Source: Dehalococcoidia bacterium
GTDB taxonomy: Bacteria; Chloroflexota; Dehalococcoidia; UBA2979
Reading direction: 5' to 3'
Assembly: GCA_965262725.1 (NCBI GenBank)
Contig: OZ253555.1
Span: 1,826,762-1,890,761 of the forward strand
Length of the DNA: 64,000 nucleotides
Part shown: positions 10,329-20,818 of the stretch, one piece after another
Layout: each line of letters begins with the position of its first letter
Position numbering within the stretch: position 1 is the stretch's first letter
Position numbers and translations under genes: made by a program
Notes under the pieces: generated by a model
What the model was told of the DNA's origin: nothing
Seen by the model: the letters and a program-made list of their open reading frames with translations, nothing else
Database searches by the model: none

Positions 10329-10652
10329 CTTGGTTCCTCCGCCCGAGCGCCGGTGGGTGACTCCGATCCCGACGCCGCATCGCGGCCGGGTCGGCCGACG
10401 AGTGGCAGCTTACCGATCCGGCACGGGTCGTGGTCGCGCTCGCGGCGATGGGCGTCCGGATCGCCTCAACGCGCGTGACCTGAACTCGGGAGCCGTCCGC
10501 GAGATGAGGCGGGCGGTGAGCGGGCGCGAGGGCGGTCGCCGGGGAGCGGGCACGGTGGGCGGACGCGACCCGGTGTCCGTGACCGCCCGGGGACGAAGGC
10601 AGGGAGTACTCTCCCGGTAGCGACGAGGCGGTTGGTCGAGGAGGCGGGACCC

Positions 10653-11660
10653 ATGCGGCTTGGAGTGCGCGTGCTCAGGGGCCCCGACTGGCGTACGTCG
10701 GTGGAGAAGGTTCGGGTCGCCGAGCAGCTTGGCTACGAGATGGTGGTGGCGACCGATCCCGGGATCATTCCCTGGCTGACCATCCTTGCAACGCACACCG
10801 AGCGGATCCTGCTCGGCTCATCGATCGTCAACGTCTACCCCCGCAGCCCGGCACTCCTCGCCCAGGACTTTGCGGCCCTCGACGAGATCAGCGGCGGCCG
10901 CGCCGTGCTCGGCATCGGCGTCTCCAGCCCCCAGCTCAACGAGCAGTACCACGGTGTCCGCTTCGAGCGGCCGCTCAGGCGGCTCCGCGAGTACGTCGAG
11001 ATCGTGAACCTGCTCTTCTCCGGACAAGAGCTGGTCTACGAGGGGGAGATCTTCCGCATGGACGATCGATTTCGGCTGACTCGCTCCGCGAACCCTCCCA
11101 GGGATCACGTCCCGATCTGGATCGGGGCGGTCTCGCCCGCCTCGATCCGCCAGACCGGCGAGGTAGCCGACGGCATCATCCCCGTCTACTGGCCACGGGA
11201 GCACTTCGGGACGCTTCGGGACGAGCTGGAGGAGGGGGCGAGCGGCGCCGGTCGCGCCGGCTTCCCGTTCACCATGGCGCCGCAGACGCACGTCTATGTG
11301 CTCAACGGTCGCCGCGACGAGGAGCTCTGGCGGGCGGCGCGCAGGCCGATCTGGCAGTACATCAATCGGATGGGGCCGTTCTACTGGCCCATGCTCGCCC
11401 GCCTCGGCTTCGAGGCGGAGGTGGAAGCCTCCCGCGCCGCGTGGGCTCGACGGGACCGGGAGGGATCGGTCGCCGCCATCAGTGAACGTATGGTGCGTTC
11501 GATCCACGTGATCGGGCCCATCGAATCCGTTCGGGAGCAGCTCCAGGAGCGCTCCCGGCTCGGGGCGGATCTGCAGCTCCTCTATACGCCGGAGATCGGG
11601 GAGCCCGACTACGACGACCCGGTCGCTATCGGTCGCCAGCTCGAGTCCTATCTCTCGTAG
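10653..11660 (+). CDS. LLM-class F420-dependent oxidoreductase (paralog, divergent orientation)
   Basis: Paralog of 9330..10328 (GGRAVLGIGVSSPQ). ATG at 10653 is preceded by GGAGG. Confidence 0.65.
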   Translation: MRLGVRVLRGPDWRTSVEKVRVAEQLGYEMVVATDPGIIPWLTILATHTERILLGSSIVNVYPRSPALLAQDFAALDEISGGRAVLGIGVSSPQLNEQYHGVRFERPLRRLREYVEIVNLLFSGQELVYEGEIFRMDDRFRLTRSANPPRDHVPIWIGAVSPASIRQTGEVADGIIPVYWPREHFGTLRDELEEGASGAGRAGFPFTMAPQTHVYVLNGRRDEELWRAARRPIWQYINRMGPFYWPMLARLGFEAEVEASRAAWARRDREGSVAAISERMVRSIHVIGPIESVREQLQERSRLGADLQLLYTPEIGEPDYDDPVAIGRQLESYLS

Positions 11661-11767
11661 CGCGCAACGCGCCGCCGGCCGAGCCGGGTGGACCGGACGC
11701 CGGCCCGATCATGGGGAGGCACGCGTGACGCGCGGGGTTCCCGGCGCGTCCACCCGGCGGGAACGAC

Positions 11768-13546
11768 CTACCTCGGCGGAAGCCGGTCCTGCGCCTCCCA
11801 CACACGGTCGAGGATCGGGCGGCCCTCGCCGGCCGGATCCACGAGCTCGGGCCGGTACGGCCAGCGGAGCGTGCTGTTGTGGGCGCGGATCACGACGGGG
11901 CGAATGCGGTAGCCGATCAACCGCTCGGCGGTGAATCCCAGCTCGAGGAGTATCCCGTGCGTCGTCTCGGCGGGGTCGTACTGGTCGAAGATGAAGTTGC
12001 CCAGGGCGTAGGCGACGAGTGCACCGTCAAAATGCTCGACCGCCTGCACCCAGTGTGGATGGTTGCCGAAGAGAAGAGTCGCCCCCGCCCCGACCGCGAT
12101 CCCGCCGAGCTCGAGCTGGGAGGCAATCGGTTCGGACGTCTCCTCCACGCCCCAGCTCGTCCCGACGACGACGTGATCCGCGATGTCCAGCGCCGCGCTC
12201 ACGTCCTCGCGGAGGCTCGCGGCGTCGAGCGGGGCCGTACCCGGGAAATGGTCCGTCGCCGCGTACCAGGACGCTATCGTGTCGTAGCCGAGGAAGGCGA
12301 AGCGCACGGGTCCCTGCGCGGTGTCGACGCTCAGCACGGCTGGCGCACGGGCGGAAGCCAGGTCCGGGCCGGCGCCGGCGGTCGCGATGCCCGCCTCGTG
12401 CAGTCGCCCCAGCGTGTCGAGCAGTGCATCGGCCCCGGGGCACTCCTCCCAGCAGTCCAGCATGTGGTTGCCGTTCGTCAGGACCACGTCCAGGCCCGCG
12501 TCCGACAGCGCGGGAACGGCCCGGGCGCTGCCCTGCAGCACGAACGTTTCGACGCAGGGCGTCGCCTCCCCGAGATCCGTCAGCGGCGCATCGAGCGACG
12601 AAACGGCGATGTCCGCGGCCAGGGTCACGTCGCGCACGCCATCGAACATCGCTCCGTAGTCATCGAGGATGGCGAGCACGAAGTTGGTGCAGCGCACCGG
12701 GAGCAACTCGCCCGTAACCAGCATGCCCACGGGGTCGAACGGTGTCGGCAGCTCACCCTCGGCGACGGTGAGTTCGCCGGCATCTGCCGCGGGAGCCCCG
12801 ATCCAGCGCACGAGGCGCAGCGGCGACTTCCACGCTGCGTCGCGGTACGGGTCGTGACCGCCGACGGTGAGTGCCAGCACACCGATGTCCAGCCGCTCGG
12901 GTTCGACCAGCGCGAACGCGCCCGGCGTCGACGCGACACGCTCCGTGATCTCACCATCCGGCAGCAGGTCCGCCTCCCACTCGGCGGTCGGGAGGCCGAG
13001 GGCATCCCCGATCGCTGGCGCCTGCGAAGCGGGAAGGTAGACCGTGATCGGCTGCGGGCTACCACCGAAGTCGGACCAGTCGCGGGCGTCGCCCCGCACG
13101 ATGCGCACGACGTCGCCGTAACCGAGATCCAGGACATCGCGCCGCTGATCCGTGATCGCCGCCCAGCGCCAGAGCACGACCCGCCGAAAGCCGGGCAGCG
13201 GCCTCTCCGACACCACGTATCGCGCCTCGGTGTCGCCTTCATCACCGGACGTGTCGGACGCGGGGTCCTCGGGGGGCACGGGAGTCACGGGCGCGGGGGT
13301 GGCGGTCGGGGTGTGCGAGGGGGCTGCGGTGGCGGTGGGTGGTGGCGGGGTGGCGGGGTCGCTTCCCGTGCACGCCGCTGCGGCGACCAGTAGCAACGTG
13401 GCCGCGGCGAGCGCCAGCGGAATCCTCGGCCTGCGAGCGCCGTGGAGCGGCGGCAGGGAGCGCCTTCGGCGGCGCCGGGCGACCCGCTGGCCGGGCGTGC
13501 GTGCGGGCAGCGGCGTCCGGCGGCGGCCTCGCCGGGAGCCGGTCAC
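11768..13546 (-). CDS. CapA-family metallophosphatase-like secreted lipoprotein
   Basis: Signal and lipobox-like LLLVAAAACTGS, a Pro/Thr linker, then CapA/PGA-type motifs (VLTNGNHMLD, LLFGNHPHWVQ). The true start is probably downstream of the Arg-rich N-terminus. Confidence 0.5.
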   Translation of the reverse strand: MTGSRRGRRRTPLPARTPGQRVARRRRRRSLPPLHGARRPRIPLALAAATLLLVAAAACTGSDPATPPPPTATAAPSHTPTATPAPVTPVPPEDPASDTSGDEGDTEARYVVSERPLPGFRRVVLWRWAAITDQRRDVLDLGYGDVVRIVRGDARDWSDFGGSPQPITVYLPASQAPAIGDALGLPTAEWEADLLPDGEITERVASTPGAFALVEPERLDIGVLALTVGGHDPYRDAAWKSPLRLVRWIGAPAADAGELTVAEGELPTPFDPVGMLVTGELLPVRCTNFVLAILDDYGAMFDGVRDVTLAADIAVSSLDAPLTDLGEATPCVETFVLQGSARAVPALSDAGLDVVLTNGNHMLDCWEECPGADALLDTLGRLHEAGIATAGAGPDLASARAPAVLSVDTAQGPVRFAFLGYDTIASWYAATDHFPGTAPLDAASLREDVSAALDIADHVVVGTSWGVEETSEPIASQLELGGIAVGAGATLLFGNHPHWVQAVEHFDGALVAYALGNFIFDQYDPAETTHGILLELGFTAERLIGYRIRPVVIRAHNSTLRWPYRPELVDPAGEGRPILDRVWEAQDRLPPR

Positions 13547-13731
13547 CGTGCGGCCAGCCGAACGCGCCGGCCGCGGGTACTCAGCGCGGATCCGGAGCGG
13601 CAGTGCTCACGTCCGTCGAGAACACGGCGGACCAGCGCGTCCCGGACTCAGCTGCGCCCCCGGCGGTGGCCCCGTCGATACGCGGTCGCCCTTCACGCTC
13701 TCTCCAGCTCCCCTCCCGGCGGCGCCGGGGA

Positions 13732-14794
13732 CTAGGGTGCGCGCTCCATCTCGGTCACCATGAAGTCCCGCACGAGGGGGAAGACGGGACGGCGCCAGTC
13801 CGTGGCCCAGTCTCCGCCGCGCACGCGGATCAGGAAGGCGAAGACGTAGCCCTCGCTCAAGCCGTCGCCGGGGCGGGCGTAGCCGGCGGAGACGCGGTAG
13901 CCCGTTGGAAACGGCGAGGTCCAGTAGCCCGCCTTCTGACCGTAGGTGTAGCCCTCCACGCCGAAGTCGGGAGGGAACGGCCAGAAGTCGTCGCCCAGGT
14001 CGGGCCTCGTCGCCAGGTCGAGCAGGTAGACCGTTCGCTCCACGTCCAGCTGCTCGCCCCGCACCAGCGAGGCCCAGACTCGAGCCATGTCGGGGGCCGT
14101 CATGTGCGCGTACCGCCAGCTGTGTTCGAACTCCGAGGCGTCCGACACGCCGGCTCGCTCGAGTACGTCGGCGATCTGCTCGGACGTCACGAGCTCATTG
14201 ACGAGGTCGGAAGCCCAGTCGAGCGACTGTGCGAGCACGACCTCGACGTGTGGCTGGATCGCCTCGAACTCGAGCAACCCCTCCTGCACCGCGCGCAGGG
14301 CCGTGATCATGATCACGATCTTGCCCGCCGAGGCCGGGTACTGGCCGTGCTCGGGCTGTACGGCGATGGTGGCTTCGCAGTCGAGGTCGACGAGCGCCAG
14401 GCCCCAGCCCCCGGTGAGACCGTCCATCGTCTCCTCGACGGCCTCTCGCAGCGCGACGCCGCGCTCCTCGAGCCCCGTGCAACGCGCCGTTCGCGGGTCG
14501 GGGGTGGGCGTGGGAGGGGGCGTGGGGGGTCGGTGTCGGCCTGGCGGTGGGGGACGGCTCAGGCGCGGGGGGAGGCGTCACGGACGGTGTGGAGGTCGCG
14601 GTGGGGAGCACGGCGCGTGCCGGCGCCACGGTGACCCCGACCGCGGACCCGGCGGCGCTCGAGGGCTCGCCGTCCGGGCTCCCGCCGCTGCATGCCAGCA
14701 TGACCGAGATGGCTACGGCCGCTGCGATGGCGACCACGGCCCTGCTGCCGCCGATCACCGGCGGCAGCGGACGGTTTCGGGCGCCTCCGCTCAT
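13732..14794 (-). pseudogene. secreted beta-lactamase-like serine hydrolase lipoprotein, apparently frameshifted in a Pro/Thr-linker G-tract
   Basis: ORF 14195..14794 encodes the signal/lipobox (VMLACSGGS) plus a PT linker. ORF 13732..14427 in another frame encodes the SxxK (SAGK) hydrolase domain. The hydrolase frame is also open and PT-rich upstream (PTPPPTPTPDP). Confidence 0.4.
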
Positions 14795-15180
14795 CCGAGC
14801 CTCCCCCGCTCAGCCAGACACAGCCCCTGTGAAGAGAGCCTCGCGCCCGATCGGAGTGCGCCTCACCCGAGCACCCCTCACCCAAGCCTAGTCGTGTCTC
14901 GGGAATTGCGGTGAGCTTCAGCGAGAGCTCTCGCGGGGGTACATCCGGGCCGGGAACCGCCCGGGTGGGGCGGCGACCAGGAGAGGCGCCGACCAACGTG
15001 CTCCTGCCCCGCCGGCGTACGCCGCCGGCCACGTTGACGTCGAGCGTGCGCTGAATGGCGCGCCTGTCCGCGCGTGCCGACTCCGCTCTCTGCGGGGGCG
15101 CGGCCCCCACCCACGAGGAGGCATAACGAGTGTGCTAGCTTAGCGAACGGCTCACGTGCGGGCGGCAATCGAGGTGCTCA

Positions 15181-16410
15181 ATGGAATGGACCGACACCGG
15201 GGAACAGGCGGCCTTCCGGGCCGCCGTGCGCGACCTGATCGCGACGCGGACGCCCGAGCGGTACCTGCGGCTGGCCGAGAGCAACCACCGCGGCTCCTTC
15301 TTCCAGTGGCAGGTCGACCGCAAGTCGGCCGATCCGGCCGCCACCGAGGCGGCCGACGAATGGTTCGCGGCGGTCGCCGAGAGGGGCTGGGTCGCTCCGC
15401 ACTGGCCGCCCGAGTACGGCGGAGGCGGGCTCACCCCGATGGAGCAATACATCTCCAACGAGGAGATGGCGCGCGCGAACCTCCCCTCCGTGGGCAGCAA
15501 CGTCGGGATCGGCATGCTGGGCCCGGCCCTGATCGTGCACGGCACCGACGAGCAGAAGCATCGCTTCCTGCCCCCGATCCTGAGGGGTGAGGTGATCTGG
15601 GCGCAGGGCTTCTCCGAGCCGGGTGCCGGCTCCGACCTCGCCTCGCTCCAGACCCGGGCGATCCGGGACGGTGACGAGTACGTGGTGAACGGCCAGAAGA
15701 TCTGGACGACCCACGGCCACTATGCCGACTGGATCCTGCTGCTCTGTCGAACAGACCCGGCGGCGCCGAAGCATCGCGGGATCACCTTCCTGCTCGTGGA
15801 CATGAGCTCGCCGGGGGTGTCGGTGCGGCCGATCGTCGATGCCGGCTGGGGACATGAGATCAACGAGGACTTCTTCGAGGACGTGCGCGTTCCCGCGGAC
15901 CAGATCGTCGGGGAGGAGAACCGCGGCTGGTACGTGGCGATGACGCTGCTCGACAACGAGCGTTCGAACATCAGCCGAGCAGTGTCGCTGCAGCGGCGTC
16001 TCGACCGCCTTCTCGGCTACCTCCGCAGCGAGGAGGGCGCGGCGCGATCGAGGGTGGCGGAGCTGGACTCGCTGCGCCAGCAGGTCGCCGCCCACTTCGT
16101 GGAGGCGGGCGTGATGCACAACTTCTCGCTCCGTATCATCACCCTGCAGGGCGCGGGCCAGGTGCCGAACCACGAGGCGTCGGTCGGGAAGCTGTTCGGG
16201 TCGGAGGTGGGGCAGCGACTCGAGCACACGGGAACGAAGATGTTCGGGCTCTACGCGAACCTCTGGGACGAGCGGGAGCCGCGATCCCCGATGGAGGCAT
16301 CGTTCACGCGCGGCTACGTCGCCTCCATCCCGGGGACCGTCGCCGGGGGAAGCTCCGAGATCCAGCGCAACGTGATCGCCACGCGCGGGCTGGGGCTCCC
16401 GCGAGGCTAG
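15181..16410 (+). CDS. acyl-CoA dehydrogenase family protein
   Basis: 409 aa with ACAD N-, middle and C-domain motifs (WAQGFSEPGAGSDLASL, GQKIWTT). Confidence 0.8.
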   Translation: MEWTDTGEQAAFRAAVRDLIATRTPERYLRLAESNHRGSFFQWQVDRKSADPAATEAADEWFAAVAERGWVAPHWPPEYGGGGLTPMEQYISNEEMARANLPSVGSNVGIGMLGPALIVHGTDEQKHRFLPPILRGEVIWAQGFSEPGAGSDLASLQTRAIRDGDEYVVNGQKIWTTHGHYADWILLLCRTDPAAPKHRGITFLLVDMSSPGVSVRPIVDAGWGHEINEDFFEDVRVPADQIVGEENRGWYVAMTLLDNERSNISRAVSLQRRLDRLLGYLRSEEGAARSRVAELDSLRQQVAAHFVEAGVMHNFSLRIITLQGAGQVPNHEASVGKLFGSEVGQRLEHTGTKMFGLYANLWDEREPRSPMEASFTRGYVASIPGTVAGGSSEIQRNVIATRGLGLPRG

Positions 16411-16467
16411 GACGGGCGTCGCCGTCCCGGGCGCCGCAGGCGAATCGGCCGGGAGGAGGAGCAGGAG

Positions 16468-17322
16468 ATGGCGCTCTCCGGCGTTGACCTGGGCAGCCTG
16501 GAGGCCGCCGTCTTCGAGCTCCGCGGCGGGATCGCCGTGGTCACGCTGAACCGCCCGGAGGCGCTGAACGCCCTCAACAGCGCGATGCACCGGGATATCG
16601 CGGCCTGCTGGGAGGAGATCAATCACAACGAGGCGATCCGCGCCGCGGTGGTCACGGGATCCGGTCGCTTCTTCTGTGCAGGCCGCGACATCAAGGAGTT
16701 CGTCGGCACCTACGGGGCCGGTGAAGCCAGGGCGCTGCGGCCGGTGGACGACCCCGACCACGAGATGTTCGGGGCGACGGTCAACCACTGGCATCTCCGC
16801 AAGCCCCTGATCGGCGCCCTCAACGGGCCAGCGGTGGGCGGCGGGCTCGAGATGGCGATCATGTGCGACATGATCGTGATGGCCGAGGAGGCGTACATCG
16901 CCGACCTGCACGCGAAGATCAACGCCGGCGGCATGACCTCGATGAACACGTTCCTGCCGCCCATGATCGCGCGCGAACTCACGATGACGGACCGCCGCCT
17001 CAGCGCCGAGGAGTGCCAGCTCTGGGGCTTCGCGAACGACGTCGCGCCCAGGAGCCGCGTGCTAGAGAGGGCACTCGAGCTGGCGGAGGCGACGGCCCGG
17101 ATGGGCCCCGACTCGATACGGCACCTCAAGCGGGGCTCGCTGGAGCTCCAGCTCGCCTCCGGGAACATCGCGAGTCCGGAGCGCCACCAGGAACGGCTGC
17201 GGACGCTGCGCGAGCGGCGGGCCAGGACGGCCGGCGACCGCGACCTGATGGAGGGGATGAAGGCCTTCGTCGAGAAGCGCGGAGCACGGTACGAGCGCCC
17301 CGTCGGGGGTGGCCGGGGATAG
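16468..17322 (+). CDS. enoyl-CoA hydratase/isomerase (crotonase) family protein
   Basis: 284 aa crotonase fold (VVTGSGRFFCAGRDIKEF, LNGPAVGGGLEMA). Confidence 0.8.
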   Translation: MALSGVDLGSLEAAVFELRGGIAVVTLNRPEALNALNSAMHRDIAACWEEINHNEAIRAAVVTGSGRFFCAGRDIKEFVGTYGAGEARALRPVDDPDHEMFGATVNHWHLRKPLIGALNGPAVGGGLEMAIMCDMIVMAEEAYIADLHAKINAGGMTSMNTFLPPMIARELTMTDRRLSAEECQLWGFANDVAPRSRVLERALELAEATARMGPDSIRHLKRGSLELQLASGNIASPERHQERLRTLRERRARTAGDRDLMEGMKAFVEKRGARYERPVGGGRG

Positions 17323-17386
17323 CGAGGCCGGCCGGCGCGACGCCCGCAGGGGCGCGAGCCGGCCCAAATGGGGAGGACGTGGCAAC

Positions 17387-18364
17387 GTGGTCAAGCTCAT
17401 CGACGTGCATCGCCATCTCTGGGGGTTCGACTGGTTCCCACCCAGCCACCTCCCGAAGCTCACCGCCGAGTCGCTCGCCCGGCGGACGGGGCGCACCGTC
17501 GAGCAGGTGATGGAGCGGATCCGGCAGTCGCCGACGATGGAGCCGTCGGGGGCGGGCGCCGTCTCCGAGATGGAGCACTACGGGATCGACCATTCGGTCA
17601 TCCAGACGCTCGACTGGGGACTCGCCTACGGACCGGAGGAGGACAACCAGCTGGATGTGGAGGAGTTCCACCGGCTCACCTACGAGGCGGCGGCGCGCCA
17701 TCCCGGGAAGCTGTGGGCAATGTGCGGCGTCGATCCGCGCCGGCCGCGCGCCGTCGCGTTCTTCGAGGATTGCGTCAAGAACCAGGGGGCCGTCGGCCTC
17801 AAGGTCTATCCACCCAACGGCTACCAGGCGAACGACGAGCGCTGCTTCCCGATGTACGAGAAGGCAATAGAGCTGGATGTCCCCGCGCTCATACACACGG
17901 GCGGGAACATCTGGGCGTGGGCCGAGTGGGTGGAGCTGGTGGCCCGCCGCTACCCCGATCTGCGCATCATCATGGGTCACGCGAACCTCTCGGGGCCCTT
18001 CGAGAGCGGGACCTACTGGCGCGGACTGATCGCCGCCTCGAACAAGCGCAACGTGTGGCTCGATCTCACCGACTGGCAGGTCACCGGTGCCGTCGACGGG
18101 GACAACATCCCGCAGCTTCTCAGGGTGATCCGCATATTCCTCGACCGTGTCGGCCCCGACCGCATCGTCTGGGGGACCGATCTGCCGCAGGCCGGTGTCG
18201 GGAGCCGCGCCCGCGGCAGGACCGAGACCTGGACCGACATCTTCAAGAACCTCCCGGACTGGGGGGCGCGGCACGGGATCGACTTCACGGAGGAGGAGCG
18301 CGACGGGATCTGCTTCCGGGCCGCCGAGCAGGCCTTCAGCAATGTCGACTTCGACGCGACGTAG
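17387..18364 (+). CDS. amidohydrolase-2 family metal-dependent hydrolase
   Basis: GTG start after GGGAGGA. IDVHRHLW and HTGG..MGH metal-binding motifs. Confidence 0.65.
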   Translation: MVKLIDVHRHLWGFDWFPPSHLPKLTAESLARRTGRTVEQVMERIRQSPTMEPSGAGAVSEMEHYGIDHSVIQTLDWGLAYGPEEDNQLDVEEFHRLTYEAAARHPGKLWAMCGVDPRRPRAVAFFEDCVKNQGAVGLKVYPPNGYQANDERCFPMYEKAIELDVPALIHTGGNIWAWAEWVELVARRYPDLRIIMGHANLSGPFESGTYWRGLIAASNKRNVWLDLTDWQVTGAVDGDNIPQLLRVIRIFLDRVGPDRIVWGTDLPQAGVGSRARGRTETWTDIFKNLPDWGARHGIDFTEEERDGICFRAAEQAFSNVDFDAT

Positions 18365-18414
18365 ATCGTGGGGAGCGCTGCATCCCATAGGCCGCAGGCG
18401 GGGAGGGTAGCCCG

Positions 18415-20799
18415 GTGACGGATCACCCGATCGCCGGCACGGTCGTCCTCGACTTGAGCGAGGGCGTCGCCGGCGGCTACGGCTCGTGGCTGCTCGCCTC
18501 GCTCGGGGCGCGCGTCCTCAAGGTCGAGCCTCCCGGCGGGGAGCGGCTGCGCCGGCTGGGTCCCTTCCCGGGCGATAGGCCCGACCCCGAGCGGGGCGGG
18601 CTGCACCTCGCCCTCAACGCCGGCAAGGAGAGCGTCGTCCTGGACCTGCGGAACGCCTCCGGACGGCGCGAGCTGGGGCGGCTCCTCGACTCGGCGGAGA
18701 TCCTGATCGAGTCGGCGGGATCCGGCGCGATGGATGCGCTCGGTCTCGGCTACCGCGAGCTCTCGGCGGAGCGCCCGGCGCTCGTCTGGGCCTCTCACTC
18801 GCCCTTCGGCCTGGAGGGGCCCTACGCCGGACGCCTGGGTTCTGAGATCGTCGACTACGCGATGGGTGGCTGGATGTACTTCTGCGGGGAGCCGGGGCGG
18901 CCCCCGCTGATGGTTCCCGGCTACCAGGCGGAACTCCACGCCGGGATGCAGCTCGCCGCCGGCTCGCTGGCGGCGCTCTGGCACGCGCGCCGCTCCGGCG
19001 CCGGGCAGCGCGTCGACGTGTCGACCTTCGAGTCGATGGTGAGCGCGCACGTGTTCCTGTTCTCGAACTGGATGCAGGAGGGCAAGGTGGAGCGGCGGCG
19101 GGGCACGACGCTGCTTGCCTGCGCGGACGGCCTGCTGCTTCTGACCTACCCGCGGCCTCAGCTCTACGCGCTGATAGGCGAGCCGGAGCGGGCCGACGAC
19201 CCGCGGTGGGAGGATCCGTCCCGCTTGGCCGAGGCGGAGGATGAGATGCTCGGGCGGGTCGCGGGATGGGTGGCGAACCGGACGAGGGCGGAGGTGCACG
19301 AGCGCGCCCAGGAGATCCGCGTCCACTCGCTGACCCCCGTCGATTCGGTCGAGGAGCTCGCCGCCTCGCCGCAGCTCGCGTTCCGCGGGTGGTGGCGGAG
19401 CGTCGAGCATCCGCTGGCCGGAGCCCTCGAGCTCCCCGGGCCGCCGTGGATGATGTCGCGGAGCCGGACCGGCACGGACATTCCGGCGCCCCGGCTGGGG
19501 GCCCACGACGCCGTCGGCGAGGCCGGGGCGCGGTCCCGGGCCGGAGGCGGGGGCACATATCCATTCAGTGGGCTTCGGGTGGTCGAGGTGACGAACAGCT
19601 GGGCGGGTCCTCTCTGCGGGATGCACTTCGCCGACCTCGGGGCGGACGTGATCGTGGTGGATCCCCCGGTCGCGCAGGCCACCCGTTCGTGGCACTTCCC
19701 GGCCGGGCAGAGCTGGCCGCGCGCCTACGACCGCGGGCACGGCTTCCACCAATTCAACCGCAACAAGCGCGGAGTCTCCTTCGAGCTGACGACCGACGGG
19801 GGCCGGGAGCTCTTCCTGCGGCTGATCGAGACCGCCGACGTGCTCATCGAGAACAACAGCCCCGGCGTGTTCCCGCGGCTCGGTCTGCCCTTCGATGTAC
19901 TGGAGCGCCGCAACCCGCGGCTGATCAGTTGCTCGATCCCGGCCTTCGGATCGGAGGGACCGTTCGCACCATACCGGGCGGCCGGCTCGAATATGGAGGC
20001 GACGACGACGGTGGTCTCGCGCACCGGCTACGGGCCCGGGGAGCTCGAGGCCACCGGTTCCTTCCACACCGATCCGATCGGGGGCACGCACGCGACGATC
20101 GGCATCATCGCCGCGCTGCTGGAGCGAGAGCGAAGCGGGCTCGGGCAGCACATCGAAGTGCCGCTTCTGGAGAGCGGCGCGATCTTCGCCATCGACTCGC
20201 TGATGGACTACCGGCTCAACGGGCGGATCGCGGGTCCTCTCGCGAACCGCTCAGAGCGCTGCGCGCCGCAGGGCGCGTACCGCTCCGCGGGCGACGACTG
20301 CTGGCTCGCGCTGGCCGCTGAGACCGACGACCAGTGGCGCCGGCTCTGCGCCGTGGTGGAGCGTCCCGAACTGGCCGAGCGCTTCCCCACCGTCGAGGCC
20401 CGCCGGGCGGCGCACGATGAGATTGACCGGGCAATCGAGGGCTGGAGTGTGGGCCTCGATCACAACGAGGCGGCGCGGCGCCTGCAGGCGGCGGGCGTGT
20501 CGGCGGGTCCCGTTCTCGCGAACTGGGAACTCGTCGGCGATCCGCACCTCCACGAGCGCGGCTACTGGGTCGACACGGTGCATCCCGAGGTGGGCTACCA
20601 GCGCTACGAGGGTCTCCCCTGGAAGCTGTCACGGACACCGCCCGCGACGAGAGCCCGGCCCGCTCCGCTCTTCGGGCAGCACAACGCGGACGTGATCGTG
20701 GGGGACCTCGGTCTCGACGAGGCGCATCTTGCGACGCTTCGCGAGTCCGGCGCCGTCCTGGACGCGCCCCGCAGCCTGCGCGTGATGCCGCGCCGGTAG
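18415..20799 (+). CDS. tandem-fused CoA-transferase family III (CaiB/BaiF-like) protein
   Basis: 794 aa with two complete CaiB-like modules (VLDLSEGVAGGYGSWLLASLGARVLKVE and LRVVEVTNSWAGPLCGMHFADLGADVIVVD). Confidence 0.75.
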   Translation: MTDHPIAGTVVLDLSEGVAGGYGSWLLASLGARVLKVEPPGGERLRRLGPFPGDRPDPERGGLHLALNAGKESVVLDLRNASGRRELGRLLDSAEILIESAGSGAMDALGLGYRELSAERPALVWASHSPFGLEGPYAGRLGSEIVDYAMGGWMYFCGEPGRPPLMVPGYQAELHAGMQLAAGSLAALWHARRSGAGQRVDVSTFESMVSAHVFLFSNWMQEGKVERRRGTTLLACADGLLLLTYPRPQLYALIGEPERADDPRWEDPSRLAEAEDEMLGRVAGWVANRTRAEVHERAQEIRVHSLTPVDSVEELAASPQLAFRGWWRSVEHPLAGALELPGPPWMMSRSRTGTDIPAPRLGAHDAVGEAGARSRAGGGGTYPFSGLRVVEVTNSWAGPLCGMHFADLGADVIVVDPPVAQATRSWHFPAGQSWPRAYDRGHGFHQFNRNKRGVSFELTTDGGRELFLRLIETADVLIENNSPGVFPRLGLPFDVLERRNPRLISCSIPAFGSEGPFAPYRAAGSNMEATTTVVSRTGYGPGELEATGSFHTDPIGGTHATIGIIAALLERERSGLGQHIEVPLLESGAIFAIDSLMDYRLNGRIAGPLANRSERCAPQGAYRSAGDDCWLALAAETDDQWRRLCAVVERPELAERFPTVEARRAAHDEIDRAIEGWSVGLDHNEAARRLQAAGVSAGPVLANWELVGDPHLHERGYWVDTVHPEVGYQRYEGLPWKLSRTPPATRARPAPLFGQHNADVIVGDLGLDEAHLATLRESGAVLDAPRSLRVMPRR

Positions 20800-20818
20800 G
20801 GGAGAGATTGCGGGCGCT

